From NCBI GenBank assembly GCA_051453625.1, contig JBOZIK010000001.1, positions 32,822,226 through 32,886,225 on the forward strand: a stretch of 64,000 bases of DNA, given 5' to 3'. The number at the start of each line of letters is the position of its first letter. Position 1 is the stretch's first letter. This DNA comes from Welwitschia mirabilis. Its lineage: Eukaryota. Below are positions 1 to 12,094 of this stretch, in pieces. The position numbers and the translations under genes are program-made. The notes under the pieces are model-generated. The model was given only the letters and a program-made list of their open reading frames with translations. It did not search any database and was not told where the DNA came from.

Positions 1-1000
1 AACAAATAATTTTCTTAAGTTTAAAGGAATCCCCTGATATTTGACTGGGAGGGATCGTTCAGTAAAACCCAGCTGAAGGAGGAGTCTTTTTTTTTCAATT
101 TGCGGGATACCTCCAAAGAAATCTTGGCTTTTCAACCCATTTGCTTGCAGACTTGAGACCTGTGAAAAGTGTAGAAGAGATGACTTTAACAATCGAATGG
201 AGCTGATGTCTCCTCTACTAAACAGGAAGAGATCATCCACATAACATAGATGAGTGATCTTCAGCCTATTGCATTTTGGGTAAAAGTGGAATGAAGGATN
301 NNNNNNNNNNNNNNNNNNNNNNNNNNNNNNNNNNNNNNNNNNNNNNNNNNNNNNNNNNNNNNNNNNNNNNNNNNNNNNNNNNNNNNNNNNNNNNNNNNNN
401 NNNNNNNNNNNNNNNNNNNNNNNNNNNNNNNNNNNNNNNNNNNNNNNNNNNNNNNNNNNNNNNNNNNNNNNNNNNNNNNNNNNNNNNNNNNNNNNNNNNN
501 NNNNNNNNNNNNNNNNNNNNNNNNNNNNNNNNNNNNNNNNNNNNNNNNNNNNNNNNNNNNNNNNNNNNNNNNNNNNNNNNNNNNNNNNNNNNNNNNNNNN
601 NNNNNNNNNNNNNNNNNNNNNNNNNNNNNNNNNNNNNNNNNNNNNNNNNNNNNNNNNNNNNNNNNNNNNNNNNNNNNNNNNNNNNNNNNNNNNNNNNNNN
701 NNNNNNNNNNNNNNNNNNNNNNNNNNNNNNNNNNNNNNNNNNNNNNNNNNNGGTCAAAAGTCTGAAGCACTTAATGGGTTATTGATTTTGATGATTAACG
801 CGATCATAGTGGAATTTGTACTTGTTGGCATTTTCCCATTGCTGAAAAATGATTTTATTGCTGTACAGACATCTTGACCTACTATATCCCAAGCTAATTT
901 AAAGAATTTCACTAAAAATCCATCTGGACCTAGGGATTTGTCATTTCCAATCGAGAAGATAGCATCTTTTAAACTACATGAAATACGTAAAGCAATTTTA
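1..1000 (-). mobile_element. L1 LINE ORF2 reverse-transcriptase fragment, interrupted by an N gap
   Basis: Minus strand reads IFSIGNDKSLGPDGFLVKFFKLAWDIVGQDVCTAIKSFF...NSTMIALIIK (754-970) and PKCNRLKITHLCYVDDLFLFSRGD...LPVKYQGIPL (1-299). These are typical plant L1 RT motifs. Confidence 0.85.
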
Positions 1001-1189
1001 AACTTTAACCAATAAAAAAAAAAACCATGAAAATGGAACTTGTAANNNNNNNNNNNNNNNNNNNNNNNNNNNNNNNNNNNNNNNNNNNNNNNNNNNNNNN
1101 NNNNNNNNNNNNNNNNNNNNNNNNNNNNNNNNNNNNNNNNNNNNNTTAACCACCCCCCCCCCCCACCATGAAAATGGAACTTGTAACCA

Positions 1190-3900
1190 TATGTTACTTG
1201 AATTAGATTACAACAATATATGTGGTTCCTTGGAGGATGATAATAATTTATCATGTTCATTGAAGGTTACAATAGATATGCAATTTTTTATTTTCTAAGA
1301 GTGAAATCCTTAACTCTTGTAACCTTTCAAATATACAAATATTATGTTGAAAAGGAAATAGGGAAACTACATAAAAGACTAGGAATAGATGACAGGAAAA
1401 GATATCTTGTTTTTTACCTTTTTTTTATTTTTTAGTTANNNNNNNNNNNNNNNNNNNNNNNNNNNNNNNNNNNNNNNNNNNNNNNNNNNNNNNNNNNNNN
1501 NNNNNNNNNNNNNNNNNNNNNNNNNNNNNNNNNNNNNNTTTTCCTTATTTTTTTATTTTTTAGTTAAATAAGAAGGTAATATCTACATTTATGGGAATAA
1601 GTGCATTGCTAACAATAAGAGTGTTAGCTCTTCAAAATAGAATCTCTACGAAGGAAAATAATGTGTTAACATAGAGTTTTAGAATTTTCTAAGAAAATAG
1701 AATATCAGGCATGAAATAACTCTAGTCTACATACCCAGAGCACAAAAAATGTACAATGGAAGAATAAAACCTTAGTAGAGAATGTGAGAACATAATTCCA
1801 TACTACAATAATTCCAATCAATCTATGCTTGAAGTCCCTAAGCATTACAACTTCTTTATTAAAGAATTTTCTTACTATCAAGGTAAATGTTAAAACTCCT
1901 AGTTTAAACATTTATAGTTCATTGAATTTATATGGTATGTTCACTTTCTAGATGAGGAATGTAGAAAATTGTATAATAAAACATAGTTGTATGCTTATTT
2001 GTTTACAACTCAAACTACAAAGCCTCTTGAGTATGGGATAGCAAAACGAGGAAGATGATAAGATCCAAAGACATATTCAGAGAAAACATGATGTTGAATT
2101 GAGGAAAAGATCATGGACCTACTAATTGAAAAGGGGATAATAAAATCAACTAATACAAAATCAGTCAATATAAGACTTATAAGTAAATGTCCAAGATTCA
2201 CAAAATTAATCACTCACTTCTAAAATCAAAGAAGACACCAAGCATGAGCTAAAGCTTGATAACATGGAACATGTTCAAATAAAATTTTGTTTTATGGAAC
2301 TTAATATTAATACAAGGAAATCGTCTAAAGTAACCAATCAAAAAACCATATTTGACGAAATGAACCTAGAGACAATTCCAAAAAACTAAAATACTTTATT
2401 AAACAACTTACAGACATAAAAATAAATGAAATATTAATAACTAAAAGTAATAAAAACATGTTAAAACATGACTTATCTCAAAAAGTATATAATATCAAAG
2501 GAGAATAAAGTTTTTCAAATCCCTCATTAACGAGAATCCATATAAGATGAAATAGATAAAATTAAAAATATGGACATGTGAAAAATTAAAAACCCACTTA
2601 TCAATTACAAATGAATATTATAGACCCTGCGACTTCAGATACAATAGTAAATAAATATTTTGTAAGATACATAGCTAACAATTTTCAGTTAGAGAAAAGG
2701 ACTTGATTATAAAAAATCATATCCAGAACAAAAATATAAATCATATGATCCATTTTACCTCTAGCTACAAAAAATATTTGGAAATTATTTCATCTTGATA
2801 TCAAATCAATGTTTTTGTATATAGAATTGTTGAAAACCCTCTATGTTTAATAACCTACGTCTTTGAAGAACCAAATAATGAAAATAAAATTTGTAGATTG
2901 AAAAGGTCCTTATGTAAGTTAAAACAAGCACCCAAAACCTAGTATATTAAGATAGATAAGTTTGTTTAACAACTTAAATTTAAAAAGTGAAACATTAATA
3001 ATAATCTTTATATTCTTGAAACCACAAAAATTACTGAAACAGTGATACTTTTTTAATATGTTGATCAGTAGCCAAATCGAGAAGGCTAAGTATAGTTTAA
3101 CAATTCATGATGCCAAACTCAAGACGACCAAGTTACTTTCTCTAAAGACAATGTAGCAAAAAGACATAATTCACATGTTTATGGAGAAGTGTGCTAAGGA
3201 AATCCTGATAGAATTTGAATTTACCTAATTTAATCTACTTTTATTCCCTCTGAAGCCTGGAATAAGAATCTTAAAGGTAATATGGAACCTATAGTTGTAA
3301 CGCAATATTAGACTGACTAGAAGATTAATCTATCTGACCAACACTAGACTTGATATCACATTCATCAATAATAAACTTGCAAAAATAAAGAAAAACCCAA
3401 CAAAATTTCATCTTAATGCAGTGAAAAGAATATTATAGTATGTACTTAAAACAATAAAAAATATGGAATTTGAAAGATATTGTGATGCATTTTGGACAAG
3501 TGAAAAATAAATAAGAACTTCAATCACATGATACATAGTTATATACTATGACAATATAATCTCCTACCTAATCTAAAAGCAAAAACTAATTGCCTCATTT
3601 CTAAAAAAAAGTTAAAGATATAGCCATCACTGCTCTATGTCGTGAATTTAGTAGATACATTAGGTTGTAATTTAAGTTCGTAAAAAAAATCTTACTTAAA
3701 AAATCAAACTTCATATACCAATTGACTAAGATAATGCGATTGTTATCAATATAATCAAATATCCAATTTTTCATAAAAGAACCAAACATACTGATATACA
3801 AAACCACTTCAACATGGAACTAGCTTATAGATATTCTCACCAAAGTATTAGAACCTATAAACTTCAATGGATGTCTCAACTATGTATTACCCAATGATTA
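1190..3900 (+). mobile_element. Highly degenerate Ty1/Copia pol remnant (integrase, RT, RNase H)
   Basis: FIEGYNRYAIFYFLRVKS...YVEKEIGK (integrase, ~1255); WKLFHLDIKSMFL and KICRLKRSLCKLKQAPK (RT, ~2780-2940); YCDAFW (RNase H, ~3480). Domain order is Copia-type, with many stops and frameshifts. Confidence 0.8.
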
Positions 3901-4903
3901 AGAGTTTGTTGAGGCATGCTAGAAAATTATTCAAGATACATCTTTTACTAAGATGAACTTTTTCAAAGACAAAACATATGCAATGAAACTTTTAGCTCCA
4001 TTCTAATTGATGAGACTTTAAAATCTATCTTCATTGGATATGTAACTTATTTTATTTTGCAATTAATAATTACAAACTCTTAATTTATTTACTAATTAAT
4101 ACATAACAACTCAGATATAAAATGCCATGTGACTCAATGCAATCCTATATTTACTTAATTCTCACATTCAAGTATATGTAGATGATGAATTATTATATTT
4201 ATTAAATTTTATTATTATTTAATTCTAATTGTTGTATTATAATTGCTTATGATGTTTATTTTATATGTTCTTACTTTCTAGTTATAAACATTCTTTACTT
4301 CTGCTTTCATCCATTGCTCTTTCTTGTGATCAGAGCAACATTTCTTACATCTACCATTTTTTAAATATTCAAGGTTGTAACACATGTCTGGATATCATGT
4401 TTGCATATGTAAAATGCATATCTTTATCTTTATTTGGTTTTGGTTTATATTTTCGTTTTCAAAATCACTTATTTTATGCGTGGTAGATTATATTATAACA
4501 TTTTGATGATTTCAAGGATGTCAAATTATTGCCTTATATCTTCTCTCTTTTTTCTTCTTTTCAATACATGCTAGATATATAAATTAAGAACCTATACTTT
4601 GAAATGCATATTATAGTTTAGTTTTGTGTTGTGATATAACATACCTTATGCATTTAAGGATGTGTTTAGACTTTAAATAACTCTTACTTATGTTAAACTT
4701 GAATGTTCAAGTTTTAACCATGCATTTTTAATAAGCTAAAAGTTGATTTTTATTAAATTACAATCTGTTTTAAGTTCATTTAGCCATAGATGATTTCATC
4801 CCTCACTTCTCATTATTTTTCATATAAACAACTAAACAAACATTTATTTTTCACATATGAGTTACATTATACTTAATGGTTATATTCATTTTTCATATAT
4901 CGT

Positions 4904-5051
4904 TGGGGAGGGTAGGGGAATGTTCAACTCAAAATGTTTGGTAATCATACCTACCATAGAGGTGCAACCACCTATAACCTCAAAAATGGCACCTGTAACC
5001 TCACAAATGGGAGACAATGTATCCCACCAATTGGACTATTACCCCATTAGC
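4904..5051 (-). mobile_element. tRNA-derived SINE copy A (internally deleted)
   Basis: Reverse complement GCTAATGGGGTAATAGTCCAATTGGTGGGATACATTGTCTCCCATTTGTGAGGTTACAGG...AGGTATGATTACCAAACATTTTGAGTTGAACATTCCCCT matches the head and tail of the other copies. Confidence 0.65.
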
Positions 5052-5771
5052 CATTTTTCATACAAGATGATCTCTTATATGCATTTTTTTTTTTAAATGT
5101 TTTATATGTCTAAGCATTTTTGTGAACGATTTTGTACATAATCTTCTTCCATTTAACCATACTCTTAAATACATAAATTTCGTTCTCTATAGATAATATT
5201 TCTAATGTGGTTTGATTAAGTAAATTTTTAAATACGGTTTTTTACCCTATATATACACATATTATGTTTTTAAACTAAATATATGTGGATACAATCTTAT
5301 AACCTCAAAAAAGCGAATTAATATATGAGTGTTAAATAACAAAAATATATGAACCTTGTATCTTACTCATTTATTCAATCTTCTTTTCTCAAGTGGTATG
5401 TATTAGATCTCCTAATGTTGTTTCTATCACGTTAGTTCCTCAAAAATATGTAGCTTATGTGATTAGGAAAAGTTCTATTTCTAATAAATCATAGGTCCAA
5501 GTTTTAGGAGCTTGTGCAACATAGTTCTAATGCATATCATAAATATTTTATGTTTTGGAAACTTGATAGTTTATCTATAGGCGATATAAACTCTTTTTAT
5601 AGCTCCATCATAAAGGTCTTGAATAAGAGTAATATATTTAGCTGGAATTACTTTCTTAGCTCCCCCAAATTATACCGTTAGGAACTTGTGATGAGAATCC
5701 TTCAATGGTTGTGTTAACAAGAAGATGGTCTTCATATTGTTCTTTTTGGTATGACTTCAAGCTAGTTTTCT

Positions 5772-5966
5772 ACCAATAGGATGGTAGTCCAATTGGTAAG
5801 ATACTAATTTCTCATTTAGGAGATTATGTGTTTGAACCTTTAAAGGCACTACTTGGCATATTATCAAACCCTAAGTGTGATTTAATCATTTTTTTGGGCA
5901 ACTATGATAGATGTACTTGTGGCAGAATGTACAACCACTATAAGATTTGTGTTTGACAACCCCCAA
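5772..5966 (+). mobile_element. tRNA-derived SINE copy B
   Basis: ACCAATAGGATGGTAGTCCAATTGGTAAGATAC...AGGAGATTATGTGTTTGAACC (A-box and degenerate B-box); body aligns to copies D and G. Confidence 0.65.
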
Positions 5967-6159
5967 ATTAGTTTTTTAAAACATTGATTCTCATATCAAC
6001 CTTTGTTCCATTGCTCTTTCTCATAACTTCATCATATGGTTCATAAGCTTGATTCACCTATAGCTACCATAATTCTGAACATGTCCCTTCTTTTGATATA
6101 TTAGTGCCATAATACTTCTCCTTCATTTGTCAAACATTCTTCCATCCTCTTGGATTTGG

Positions 6160-6342
6160 TTTTTTGTTAAAAGGGGACGTCAAACTTGAATTTCTAGTTA
6201 TTATATTTGCCTTCATCGAAATGAATGATTTAACTATACTTAAGGCCTTATAACATACCAATTGGATCATCCAAGGATTTGAACCCATGACCTTCTAAGT
6301 GGGAAACAAGTGTCCCACCACTTAGACCACCACTTTATTAGC
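6160..6342 (-). mobile_element. tRNA-derived SINE copy C (best-preserved Pol III boxes)
   Basis: Reverse complement has A-box TGGTCTAAGTGG, then GGGACACTTGTTTCCCACTTAGAAGGTCATG, B-box GGTTCAAATCC, and ends AAGTTTGACGTCCCCTTTTAACAAAAAA. Confidence 0.75.
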
Positions 6343-6963
6343 AAGGTTTTGTTAAATAATTATGTTAGCCATGTAAGGCCTTATTATCCATAATTTTCCA
6401 TACCTCTTAAGCAATACAGTCTAAACCACCAACATTTTTATTCCTTGTAAACCAACAGTGTTCCTGCCTTGTCTAAATGAACAGGGAGTAAGTAACTCAA
6501 ATTCAAAACTACCTCAGTAAGGATGGCCTAATTTTTACCCTTAAAACCAGGAAACAAGTAACTCAAGTCAAAAACTAAAGGAAGATTCCTGCAAATATCC
6601 TTTTGGTTTAACGAAATCCAAAGTAGCTAACAATCATAACATGAAAATGAATGGTACGAATGTTAACAATTAAAATAAACAGATTTATCTAAACTAAGAG
6701 CAGAACAGAACGGCGAGGATGACAGCATCGGTTTGGAAACACTTTCAAAGGCTAGTTGCAGAAAGGACAAAATGAAAACAACACCGCATGAAAGCGAAGT
6801 CGCTTCCAGAATTGGACGAATTTATTGAAAACGGAGCGCACAGAATGAAATGACAGCACAAAATCGAAGGGATACTCCCCCGACTCCAAAAAACGCCTTC
6901 CAGGGGGCTTTTATGACGCCATCCGCAAATGCCGGGTATCTGTGCTCATGGCACAGCCTGCTC

Positions 6964-6970
6964 TATAAAA
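6964..6970 (+). promoter_or_regulatory. Probable TATA box of the TPR gene
   Basis: CTATAAAA about 240 nt upstream of the ATG, in a CpG-rich stretch and followed by a pyrimidine-rich leader. Confidence 0.5.
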
Positions 6971-7203
6971 CGACGCTTACTCCTCTTCTATGCTTCCCAG
7001 CTCAACCCCTGCAAATCCTTTCACATTTACTGTTTCGATACTTGAGAAAATCTTTAAACAAGATTTTATCAATCTGCATGCTCTGTCATATTTCTTCAGC
7101 TCCTGGTGATATAGCCTAAAAGGAATAGGACCAAAGCTTTCTTTTGAAGAATTCTGATCAGAAACTAGGATAATATTTACAATAATCCTGTCAGAAGGCT
7201 CTC

Positions 7204-7551
7204 ATGATGTTCCTATTAACTTCTCCCAATTCCCTGACTACCTCCTCCCTCGGCCTTTGCCCTTTTCCAAGCCAATCAGGCTTCTGCATCCGCGTCCCCA
7301 ACCGCACGAGCTTCACAGGCGAAAAGATCCGAAGAAGTCCTTCCGGAAGCTTTCGGAACTCCCTGGGTTTTGAAAGCAAAATTTCGAGCTCCGTAAATAA
7401 GGATTTCTTTGACGAATTAGAACCGGACACAGACAATAATATTACAGATCGAAGCCTTCCGGAGAATCATGTTTCTTTCCATGAGAAAATGCTCAAACTG
7501 GAACCTGGAAACCCTTTGTTTCTCAGAAATTATGCCAAATTCCTTGAAGAG
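7204..7551 (+). CDS. TPR gene exon 1
   Basis: ATG at 7204 (a second ATG at 7207); donor GAG|GTACGA at 7551/7552, phase 0. Confidence 0.85.
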
Positions 7552-8017
7552 GTACGAGTTTTCAAATTTTAGTTACTCTAAACTCTGAATTCAGTGGATA
7601 TTTCACAAAGTTTCTTTTCCATGTTTGCTTACGGAAGACAGCGTGTTTCAGGTCGTAGGCGATCTCGACAAAGCGGAAGAATATTACGAGCGAGCTATCG
7701 TTGCGAATCCTAGCGACGGCGAAGTGCTTTCTCTCTACGCCGATTTCATCTGGGAAAATCACAGAGACCTCAAGCGCGCAGAGAATTACTTCCTTCAGGC
7801 CATGCAAGCAAACCCTAACGACAGGTAATGCCTACTCCATCCTCCAGCATTTCGAATTCGTCTTTTAAGCTTTTCTGCATCTTTAAATCCGCCTAAACTC
7901 CTTATCGTTTGGCGTTACAGCTATGTCTTATCTGCTTATGCTTACTTCCTCTGGAACACGGAAGATGAAGGAGACGCAAAGCTCTTACCTTCTGTTTCTG
8001 CAGATTCCAGGGATTGA
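7204..8017 (+). CDS. Plant TPR-like superfamily protein, join(7204..7551,7652..7824,7921..8017), 205 aa
   Basis: Both introns are GT-AG and keep the frame. C-terminal half reads FHEKMLKLEPGNPLFLRNYAKFLEE|VVGDLDKAEEYYERAIVANPSDGEVLSLYADFIWENHRDLKRAENYFLQAMQANPNDS|YVLSAYAYFLW, the signature of the small plant TPR family. Confidence 0.9.
7652..7824 (+). CDS. TPR gene exon 2
   Basis: Acceptor TTTCAG|GTC, donor CAG|GTAATG; encodes TPR helices VVGDLDKAEEYYERAI... Confidence 0.9.
7921..8017 (+). CDS. TPR gene exon 3
   Basis: Acceptor TTACAG|C; encodes (S)YVLSAYAYFLWNTEDEGDAKLLPSVSADSRD*. Confidence 0.88.
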
Positions 8018-9820
8018 AGTGCCGACGAGTGTACAATCTGATGTCCGCAAGCACGTTCTTCGCAATCTGCTATAAGGACCACAGTGAATCTGCTATAAAG
8101 GACCACAGGGAACGCATTTTCCAAAATATGTGCGTAAAAAGAACGGAAGAGGATGGAGTTGAAGGCAGCATGGCAAAGGGAGAGTGGCATCCGATCGGAT
8201 TCCTGCGATGCAGCTGCTTGTGCCGGCGAACAAAGAGTCCTTCACTGTGAGTGGCATGGATCGGCGCCTACTCTGCAGTGTTTTGTCGTAATGTACAACG
8301 GCAATAAGTGTATGCACTATAAAATAGATTTAATAATAAAAAGGTTTAAATAAGTAGAGTAGAGTAGTGCTTATGTGACTTTTAGTTGTGAGGTCATTTT
8401 TAAGAGGAGTAATGTAACTTTATGGTTGTGAGTTCCATTTTCAAAAATATGTTTCTTAACCTAAAAAAGAAAAAGAAGGCTTAACTTATAATTTATCCTT
8501 AAGGTATTAAAAATATAAAATATATTTTATTCTTGTTTAATATTTAAAACATTAGAGCTTATTTGAGATGTATGAATGTACTTTTTTATATATATCAAAT
8601 CACAAGTCACCCTGTAAATTATAGGACTTCATATACTATAACTAGTAAACACCCTGCATCTTAGCTCTTGGAAACAATACAAAGTTAGAATACATTAATG
8701 TGAGATTTGTTTTAATTACAAGTTTTCAAAGTAGATGACATAGGCTGCATAACACATTTCATTCACATTTATATGCATATTTGCCTTAGTTTTCTAAAGA
8801 ATAAGAATTACAGTAACTTATAACTACTAATCTTCTCAATTCTCTTGGGTTAGTAAGGGAGAAGGTCCTTATTGTATAAAGTATAATGAAAAATAGGGGT
8901 CCATTCCATAGAAGGGTATGATTTAAGCTTACTTTTGTAATTATTATTCATTTCTTTCAACACTTATGTTATCCAACTAAGTTAACAGGCATCTAGCATA
9001 ATTTTGGAATGAGCATGAATTCATCTAAAAGTATAGTAGTTAGTAAATAAAAGTCAAAAACACGTTATGAAAATTGCATTATGATGACTATTGAGTAAGA
9101 TCTTGATTGATAATAATTATTAAAAGACGTTTTATTCATAGAAATCATGCTTTATTAAAAAAAAGCATAAATTTAAAAAGGTATATTATAAACGAAGGTA
9201 TGAGTTCACTTACGTCAGGAAGCTTTATGAAACAATTAAGAGTCTGACAAGTTTTAAACTTAATGGAAATGCAATTCAAAGTATGGTTGAAAGGTGTAGA
9301 AATGATGAAAAAAGATGTTTTGCATGGAGACTTCTACTCATAATCCTATGGTACAAGGTTTAAAGGGCACAAAAGACAAAGTGGCTCTTTGGTCTGTAAT
9401 TTTTGGGGAATGGAGAAATGTAGTAAGAGTCCAATTAGGAATTTGAGCCTTTGGCAGATTTGGATATCTTATTTTTACTAACATGTAGATACAAATATAA
9501 TAGTAGTAACAAAGGGAAATTTTAGCTTTTAGAACAGGTCTAGACAAAACACAAGCAATAATGAGAAATTTTGTCTTTCAATCTAGATCAAATAATAGTA
9601 ATAGTGGAAAATTCTAGCTTCTTTAGTTTCAGACCTAAAAAGATAGTATAATTGATCCATTGTCATTCGCTTTAGACTCCAGTTATTATTCTAACTCATT
9701 GACACGTTTATCACTTTAGTCGCTTAAATGTCTAATCTTATTTCTTGTCATGAAGATGTTGTAGTCATTGGTGCCTTTTGTGATCCTTTAATCGAAAAAC
9801 ATTTTTCATTTCTTGTTCAA

Positions 9821-9836
9821 AATAATAATAATAATA

Positions 9837-9872
<36 letters not shown>
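9821..9872. repeat. Compound microsatellite (AAT)n(GAT)n
   Basis: Directly visible aataataat...gatgatgat run. Confidence 0.95.
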
Positions 9873-11866
9873 TATTTAAAGGAAAAAAGAAGATATGAGT
9901 TCAGTCCTGACTGAATGAGTGTAAAAAATCATGTCTTGAATGACATATAAAACTTGTTTCTTTGAATATTTAGATTCAGTGTTGTATTTTTTAGTGTGGT
10001 TATGGTCAATTAATACATAAAAGAAGCATATTTTCAAGTATTATTTTTGAAAAAATAAACTTTATAAAAACTTTTATGAGTTTAGACTAAATTTGCTTAC
10101 TAGATGTACTCAAACATAAAATCTTTTATGAGCACTAACTCTTGTAGGAAATCGTTTTGTTGATATTTAAAGACTTTCAAGTTATTTGTAAACACCTAAG
10201 TAATGTTTCTTCTAAAATTCAAAAATTGATTTTCTATTTTGTATCTAAAACTAAGTTGTACATTCCTTTTACATGTTAGACTCCATTTCAATCTCTAGTT
10301 CAACCATTTGTAAATTACACTAATTAATGTTTCTTTTCATCTTTTAATGTTTTCTTTCATCTTTTAACCACATACCTCAACATAGTTCATGTAATCTTCA
10401 ACTCTTAAAGCTCTAATTATCATCTAGTATTTTACTTTTATAATATCTTCAGTTGTTAATCTTCCATTTGTCATTTTGATCATCTAGCTTAACTCTCTAA
10501 TTTTCTCAATTTTATTGAATAAAACCTTTACACAAATTTCACAAAAAAAATCATACTAACAGTTATTTTTTGAGGGATCATATTAGTATTAATAACTTGT
10601 TTCCTTTGCTAATAAAAAAAGAATCTAAAAATTTTAACTAATGTAAAGCTTTGATCTTCTCTTCCATGCCTTTTTTTTTAATACTTTTTCCTATTCTTTT
10701 ATGGATACAATGGAATCAACACCTTAATAAATTTGTTTATCTTTTGATTTTAGATTGTGTAAAGAATCTTATCATTTTTCATTCTAGGTTGTGTAAGGAA
10801 TCTTATCATTTAAAAAACACAAGCGATTACAATACTTGTTTGTACTTCTTTTAGTTTATTCTTCCTTTTTTTCCCTGTGTTTCTTAAAAGACAAATTTTA
10901 GAAAGGAAAACAATGAGAACGAGATAAACTAATTAGGACTATGAAATATTTGGGATGCCTTTCTAACCTTCAACTTTATTTAAAAATTGATTTTGATGTT
11001 ATTACAGATTGTTGTAAACTTTATCATTTAAATAGAAATTTATTAAATTAATCAATTATGTATGTATTATGTATTTAAAAAATTAAGATTTATTAAAACG
11101 ATTGATGTAGCAACAATGTCTCCATGAGACATTTGAAAGTATAATTTGAAAAAAACAATTTATACTATGTAATTATTATTCTTTACTAATTCAAATGCAA
11201 TAAGAAGAATTACTAATTTAAATGCAATAAGAAGAAATCACTCAAAGGGTAATATGAAAAATAAAATTGAGACCATTCAAACCTCTAGTGATCAATTTAG
11301 GTATTATAGTTGAAGTTACAAATCTCTTGAAAGAACTAAAATATGATATTCTTATTCCAAATTCTTAGTTCTATCTCTATAATATCTCTTGTGATTCTTA
11401 CCTACTTTATAGCTATAAAGAGTAACACTATGTTCCATGATAATGAAAAACAATTTATTGAGGCTTTGTGTGTAGAAATTTCATAATTTTAATGTTAAAT
11501 AAAATGATCTTTCATGTAATTTAACATATCGAGAGCTTTCAAAATGATTTCTTAAAATATCATACATTTAATTCTAACAACATATGGGTGTAGAAACAAA
11601 TTTGTAGCTTGAATCTAGTGAGATAACATAAGTTTATTTAATATGATAAGTTGATAAATTTACTTTTTATGTTTAATAAAAAAACTAAAAACTAAAATTG
11701 AAAATTTTCAATTGCATCCACAAAGATATTTAAGATCTATGGGATAAAGATATTATAATTAGAACAACTTGAATATATATTAGTGAAAATAACATAAAAT
11801 AGATGAAGGAAAATGGAGAATTAATACAAACTTTCTTGCTATGTTATCCCATCTATCTATCACTTG

Positions 11867-12094
11867 ATGTACATATGTATTATATGTTAGAGGGTCAATG
11901 TTACAAAGTAATGTTGTGTTATAAAGTGAAGTCTTATCAAACCCGAACATCTATGGTTTTGAAGTTCATGTAATCCAACTAATTAATATAAAAAACGAAT
12001 TAGGACCTCATTTGAGTTGTGTGATGAATTTAACATAGTTAAGGGTTTCCACAAGTCTTTTCTATGTTTTCCACTATTACTTACATTTCTACTA
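11867..12094 (+). repeat. Copia 5' LTR (5'-truncated)
   Basis: Aligns with 16110-16345 (ATGTACAT..TATTATATGTTAGAGGG..CAATGTTA..AAGTAATGTTG...AAGGGTTTCCA). Confidence 0.85.

Noticed and set aside
261..785. Long ORFs made of X residues (also at 39425, 44787, 60060 and others)
   Set aside because: Artefacts of N gaps.
1005..1190. Direct repeats flanking ~100-N gaps (also 1410/1539, 31890/32058, 56615/56814, 60170/61067, 61661/61802)
   Set aside because: Typical unmerged contig overlaps in scaffolding; probably not real duplications.
6160..6342. Functional tRNA gene
   Set aside because: Has A/B boxes but no acceptor stem or clean cloverleaf, and continues into a shared non-tRNA body, so it is a SINE.
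8171..8192. miR399-like sequence TGGCAAAGGGAGAGTGGCATCC or an IPS1-like target mimic
   Set aside because: Several mismatches including the seed-proximal region, the surrounding hairpin pairs poorly, and it is the wrong strand for a target site.
7191..8353. Antisense and alternative-frame ORFs over the TPR gene
   Set aside because: Shadow ORFs of a GC-richer gene; no recognisable domains.
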